Shown here piece by piece: positions 1-64,000 of a stretch of DNA of 64,000 bases (position 1 is its first letter; every line of letters begins with the position of its first letter). Made by a program: the position numbers and the translations under genes. The notes beneath the pieces were generated by a model. The model made no database searches. It was not told the origin of the DNA and saw nothing but the letters and a program-made list of their open reading frames with translations. Location of the stretch: contig JAWMAR010000421.1 of NCBI GenBank assembly GCA_036785375.1, positions 992,001 to 1,056,000 on the forward strand, in the 5' to 3' direction. The stretch is from Leucoraja ocellata (taxonomy: Eukaryota).

Positions 1-365
1 TAGGACTTTCAGCATGTCCCCAACAATCTCCGCAACTTCTACAGATACGCCATAGAAAACATTTTATCGGGATGCATCACAGTATCAACTGAACCATCCT
101 ATCAACAACTAGAGAGCGGTCCTGAGCTACTATCTATTGCTACTTTCTATTGAGCTTCTATCTATTGCAATCTGGCACTACTGACCTCATTGGAGACCCT
201 CAGACTAATCTTTAATCAGACTTTATCATGCACTAAATGTTATTCTCATTATCATGTATCTGTACATTGTGGACAGTGTGATTGTAATGTATAGTCTTTC
301 CGCTGAGTGGTTAGCACGCTAGAAAAAGCTTTTCACTGTACCTCAGAAACAATAAACTAAACTAA
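1..365 (+). mobile_element. Rex1/Babar-clade LINE 3' fragment
   Basis: aacttctacagatacgccatagaaaacattttatcgggatgcatcacag (NFYR..IENILSGCIT, the Rex1 RT C-terminus), then a 3' UTR ending aataaactaaactaa. Confidence 0.75.
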
Positions 366-414
366 TTTGTCCTGCCTCACTTCCATTCCTGCTCATTCAT
401 TCCTCACCACAACT

Positions 415-545
415 AGTTGAAAAAGAGTCCTGACCCGTAATGCCACCTATCCAAGTTCTCCAGAGATGCTGCCTGACCCGCTGAATTATTCCAGCACTTT
501 GTGCCTTTTTTTGTTGTAAACCAACATCTGTAGCTCCTGATTTAT
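415..545 (+). mobile_element. Penelope-like-element terminal repeat fragment
   Basis: Decayed hammerhead-like core followed by agagatgctgcctgacccgctga...ccagcactttgtg; same family as 50752 and 63567. Confidence 0.65.
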
Positions 546-1711
546 CCTTGGAAACATAACATCTAGTCTCTTCAGCTAAACTGTTGATGTCAATTGTGAA
601 TAGCTGGTGTCCAAGCATCAAACCTGCCCCAGCCTGCTCAGCTGAGAAGCATCTTATACCTATTCTATGCTTTCTGTTTGATAACTATTTCTTAATCCAT
701 GTCAGTTCATCACCCCATTTCTGTGTTCCCTAACCTTGTTGACCAACCTGCTCCGTGGATCATTATTGAAAGCCTTTTGTAAATACAAACAGGTCATATC
801 CACTGGTTCACCGTATCAATTCTACAAGTCATAAATGCAAAGTACCCCTATAGATTTTCATTTCATAAATCCATGCTGACACTGCTTGGTCCTTTTATTC
901 TTTTCAAGCTGTTCTACCTTATATCCTTCAGTGAAAACACCATGTTGCACCTAACAGGTCAGTAATTATGTGCTTTCTGTGTCCTTTACCTTTTAAGTAA
1001 GACCTCCACAAACATTACAAATGTAAGACCAAAATAATTTGACATCAGTGATTTCCCTGGTTTTGTGGGCTAACGGGACCTTCAGCTGTGCTGTAATGTA
1101 TTTTGAGTGGTGGGACCCACATAATCTCAGGACCTGCCAAAACCAACAGCAATAGCCATAAAGATTGTAGCAACTTTAATAAGGGAAACACCCAAAGATG
1201 CACTGCTGAAGCATGCAGTGAGCTACATAATGAGATCTAGGGGGAAAAAAGCTTAGTTAAACAGATAGATTTAGAGCACATCTTAAAAGTAGAAATGAGT
1301 TCAAGAGGATTGGAGAGGAAGCACCGAGTTAAGACTTTAGAATTTGAAACCATTAACTCGGTAACAGAATCCCCTGTTATTGGCTCTAGCCTTCTTGATG
1401 TCATTTAAAATGTGCTCAAAATCCATCTAAGTCTATCTTTATGCTGTGTGTTTATGGGAGAGCGATGGGTGGGGACTTCACACAGCATCTCCCATTTTTC
1501 TTTCAAGGTTTGTGTTTGATCACTACGTCCCCAGGACGTCCCAGTCCATGTTCATCTCTCAGTGAGCTTGGCCATAACACCATCACTGAGTGCGTAAGAG
1601 ATGCATACATATACAAACAGGTAATAAATAAACACAATGAGATTGAGAGAAGCAACGGAAAAAACATACATAGTGCATCCTGATGCGCAGGAAGCACAAG
1701 GGGCAGCTTAC

Positions 1712-1727
1712 CAAGCTCGGGCTGTTT
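1712..1727 (-). CDS. Candidate 16-nt microexon of MEGF11 (KQPELx, phase 0->1)
   Basis: tgatgtttgttatag|AAACAGCCCGAGCTTG|gtaagc; strong donor, and the phase is compatible with the preceding NPSY exon. Confidence 0.4.
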
Positions 1728-4581
1728 CTATAACAAACATCACAAAGATTTGTAGCAAACTAGCAACATTTCACACTTCAAAACAAACCCATTATTTTAC
1801 ACGTAAAAACATTGAGTGACAGCTGTAAAAATTCAAACATACGGGAAGTGAACTTTACAAATAATATTTGAATAATGCAGAATAATGACTGAAAGAGGGA
1901 AAGAACTACTCCTGCCCCCTCCAGCTGCCCCTCTGCTACTGACAGTAATCCGCAGAAACTTCCTCCAAGCTCCAGAAATGGCTGGAAGGGAAGAAAGAGG
2001 AAAAGTTGGTTAATGGCAGAGGTACCCAGACATCTCACCACAGTGTTGGCCAGGTTTGCTTTGCCAATTACATTTGTTTGGTTTTGCTTGGTCATGACTT
2101 GACTCTGCGTTTCATATCATCAGGCTCCCTTACACCCCTCACAGTTACATCCACGTGTCTAGGAAGCTGTTCCTGGGGGAAAGGGTCAATTTCACAATGC
2201 AAATACCAAGGGCCAACTCACAGAATCCCAGGTGCACTTGGCCCTAGAGCATTACTGTTTCAGCACCTCCTCTTCCTGACGACCCCCTTCACTGTGTGTA
2301 GGTCCAAATCCTGATGGCACTTCACCAAAAGCATAAATTGAAGGTGTGCCTAGATGGTGCAGGAAGCATTACAACTGAGTCAGACCTGGTCCTCATGTTA
2401 CAATGATGGAGAGCGGTTACAGTGCTGGCAAAGCCAACCTTACTGAGATAAATATGGAATTTAGTTAAAACCCGGAACCAGCTGGGACTAGCAGAATCTG
2501 CTTTACTGTAGAAGTAAAAATCTGAAAGAAAAACTAAAAATGCTGTAAAAGCAACTGAATGCGTTTGGAAATAATTATAGGGCGACGAGGGAAATGTTGA
2601 GCAGTGGAAATAAACTGGAATGCTCTTTAAAAGAGCGAGCACAGACACATTCTGTGATCCGACATTCACAGCAGAACAAGCAGCATCTGTGGAAAGAGAC
2701 GATGGATTATGCGGTTTTAATTGGATATATATGTGAAGATATGGTAACAGAGACTAGACAGCTGAATTGTCCTTTCTTTCTGAGGGACAGCACTTAGTTA
2801 GTCATGTATTATAAAGGGAGAGTGCCTTCCACGACGAGAGGCTGAATGAGATCTTTTCTACACCATCAAATCGAGACAAAATGTCCCACTACATTTCCAA
2901 AGAAGAGCAGGGGCATTTAGCAACAATACTTTCCCTGGATTTCACAAGGTAGATGTGGCAATGATCTTTCTCTTTGTGGAGTCCAAAATTATGGTCACAA
3001 TCTCAAAATTAATGGTCAGCCATTCAGGACAGATATGAAAAGAGTTCATGAGTTATTTTTACAGCATCAGAACAATGTGCATGGCTATCCATATGCCAGT
3101 ATGTCTGAATTTCTTGCATTATAGATGCAAATTGTAAGACTGTACAGCTGTCTGCAGCTGTATTTCCACACTGTGAGAGGGCATTCCATAACCTCACACT
3201 GCAACTTTCATACACAAATCAATAATGCATCAACCTCAATTATCATGTCGAGCTCCTTGCTGTGATCGTAGTTTGGGTTGTCAGTCCACAGCTTCGCAAT
3301 AGAGGCACATCAGTAATTCTGTTCAAATAAAGAAAGCAAAGGCTGTGCAGTACTTTGGCAGCAATGTGATTCTATGGGAGCTATAGAGGGGAGATAGGAC
3401 AGTAAAGTGAGCATTCACCTTGTCACCAGTGAACGAGGTTCATCTACAATATTACCACTGCCATTTTAGCCAAAACATTTCAAAGTAAAATCATGTTGAG
3501 GGCTTACTGACCTAAATCATTCAAGTTACTGTAGTTTCGCCATTCAGGATGCAATGAGTTGTTGACATCTTGTCTACAGCCTTCATGCCCAGAAAGCTCT
3601 ACACTCTTGAGACTTGAGAAAAGCTGTTTTTTTGTCTGTTTGTGAATTAATAAAAGATTCAAATTTAGTTCATCGGGCTAACGTTTGGTATGACAGAGTT
3701 GTCACTTCAGTTTTAAAGCTCATTTTACATAATGTAATGCATAGCCCAGTGTGTATCAGGACATCGTTCTAAGGGGTCAAATAAATGATTACAAGTAATT
3801 AATTGATTAATAATCTCTGCTGCGATCTGACGATGGAACAGATCCTACAAATTTTAACATGTTTTTTAAAATACTGCCACATGTCCTCGGTGATTAGATG
3901 TGATCAGGTACCAAACTCATAGCTGCGTTTTGTTTAGTGTATTTCCCCTTCCTCTGGCCCCTTGTTTACCGCTTGAAATTTCTCTCCCAGACATGGTATC
4001 TGCATCGTGGCTGTGTATAATCCAAAGGGAGATTGCCTCCCAGGCGAGAGGCTGACCTGAGGAAAATCTCAAGTCTTAACTATATAAAACTGCCATTGTG
4101 TAACAGAGCTTCCTGACACAATGACACCAAGCTGCTTTAGTTTAAGCGTATGGCTCCAATTTAATCTACTTTTCTCTGTTCTCAGCTGTAGCTTTGAGAA
4201 CAGGTAGCATGCTCTTGGCTCTGCCTTTCTGATCATTATTGCCAGGACATTTGAAAACATTGCACAGTGATAGGGTTCCCAATGTTCTCTCTGCCACAAT
4301 GATTAGCAGCAAAGCTATCTTCATAACTTGAGCCTGCTGCAGTGTTTTATGCATTTATCTTGCTCGGATGTCAGTTTGGGGAGAAATATCAGTAAAACAT
4401 TTTGCTGCATTTAAAAGGTGGATGGAAATTATTTAATAAGGTGCGACTGTCTTTAATGCTTGCCAATTTTCCCCAAAGTAATTATCTAATTAGATTTGCA
4501 GCATTTGTGGCTTTAGATCACAAGGTCACAAGTGAGTGCTACAGCCACTGCAATTTAGTGGAATATTGTTTTGATACATAC

Positions 4582-62885
<58,304 letters not shown>

Positions 62886-63566
62886 TCAAATGGAGCTTTC
62901 CCCATCTTGATTAATGACACTCATTTACTGATGACATTTATCTGCTGAACCACAAGAGAACTTTCATTTGGTAACACTGCATTGGTAGTGTTGTGTATGG
63001 AAGATATTTTCCTGTTCCTATTCAATATTTAAATAGTTTTACAGCTTCGGTGATCAGCAAAATAAAAATAAAGCAGGGTTGACAATTTTTAATGTAAAAA
63101 ACATGAGCATTTTTTCACCACAACTCTATTTCAGTAAGTTTATAATAGAGAAAAGAGGGTTTGTAATAAATGTCCATGTATAAATGGAAACTATACGCTG
63201 CTCACAATTCACCACATTTCCTCTTTATGGTTAAGCAAATACAATAGAGAGATGAAGTGTTGCATCAGTCCATATTGAGAACTACCTACACAGGAGCAGT
63301 GATTTACATTTTATGTGTTTGTGTAATGAAGGTGAACTCATTCACTGCAGGACTGAATCTGGAGCTCTCATTCACAGCAATTCTATTTTTACAGTATACT
63401 GGAAGTCAAATAGACTATTCTGCTTTCACCTTCTTACACATATACCCACTTTAATCCATCTAGCACCATTTTGCAGGCTACTGAAGCTGCAATATGACAC
63501 TGTCACATTTTTGGCTAGTGATCCATAGCTGCTACATTGGCAAGCAGCAAACACACCCATCTTTTA

Positions 63567-63770
63567 TAGACACAAAATGCTGGAGTAACTCAGCGGGACG
63601 GGCAACATGTCTGGAGAGAAGGAATGAGTGACGTTTCAGGTCGAGACCCTTCTTCAGAGGAAATGTCACCCATTCCTTCTCTCCAAAGATGCTGCCTGTC
63701 CCGCTGAGTTACTTCAGCATTTTGTATCTATCTTCAATTTAAACCAGCATCTGCAGTTCCTTCCTACACA
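63567..63770. mobile_element. Fold-back Penelope-derived element with a hammerhead-like core
   Basis: 71-bp inverted arms 63567-63637 / 63660-63730 (8 mismatches); minus-strand CTGAAGA-AGGGTCTCGACCT-GAAAC-GTC at 63657-63630. Confidence 0.8.
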
Positions 63771-64000
63771 CTGAAATACTCTTTAGATCCCTTGTTTATG
63801 TATATTACTGGCTTAACATTTGTTTGGATTCTCTGTCCATGACTATTTTGAAGCAACACAATTGGTGACAGGAAGTTTGTCCAGACAATCACCTGCAATC
63901 CCAATCAAGAAAGCAATGGACAAGTTAGACAACTGTCCTTGATCTGAGTGGTCCCTCCTATGGTTTATTTATTTATATGCTATAATTCTCAATTTGATTG

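Noticed and set aside
3419-3443. Possible 25-nt exon tag|ATGAACC...ACAAG|gtgaat
   Set aside because: The acceptor tract is weak, phase 0 contains a stop and there is no compatible neighbour.
4243-4290. REHWEPYHCAMFSNVL on the minus strand, loosely like the recalled mouse Megf11 segment RDTAGWTPYSYVNVL
   Set aside because: The polypyrimidine tract is poor and there is no GT donor where the exon should end; probably coincidence or a decayed exon.
1-4581. Searched for distal cytoplasmic exons (SENPYATIKDPP, YDLP)
   Set aside because: No matching frame seen; they presumably lie left of position 1.

Overview
This is AT-rich vertebrate DNA, almost certainly from a cartilaginous fish and probably a skate or ray, judging by its HE1 V-SINEs, HER1/CR1 LINEs, Rex1 LINEs and Penelope-like elements. 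The whole window lies inside one minus-strand gene, MEGF11 (CED-1/Draper/MEGF10 family). Sixteen GT-AG exons between 62791 and 4582 (2432 nt, about 810 codons) join in frame with consistent phases. They encode the tandem EGF-like repeats, the transmembrane helix and an NPSY-containing juxtamembrane segment. The N-terminal exons lie to the right of the window, and the distal cytoplasmic exons (NPYATI/YDL motifs) were not found and probably lie to the left. Introns are packed with often nested transposable elements. The most interesting observations are: candidate alternative cytoplasmic exons at 1.5-4.1 kb, including a 16-nt microexon that restores phase after the NPSY exon; an intact NPxY motif; an extra cysteine in one EGF repeat; Penelope-derived fold-back elements with hammerhead-ribozyme cores; a structured, TSD-flanked RTE-related SINE-like element; and a CpG-rich palindromic Harbinger-type MITE. 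I found no prokaryote-type system (CRISPR, operon). Comparisons with mammalian or fish proteins and with repeat families are from memory, not database searches, and TE boundaries are approximate.
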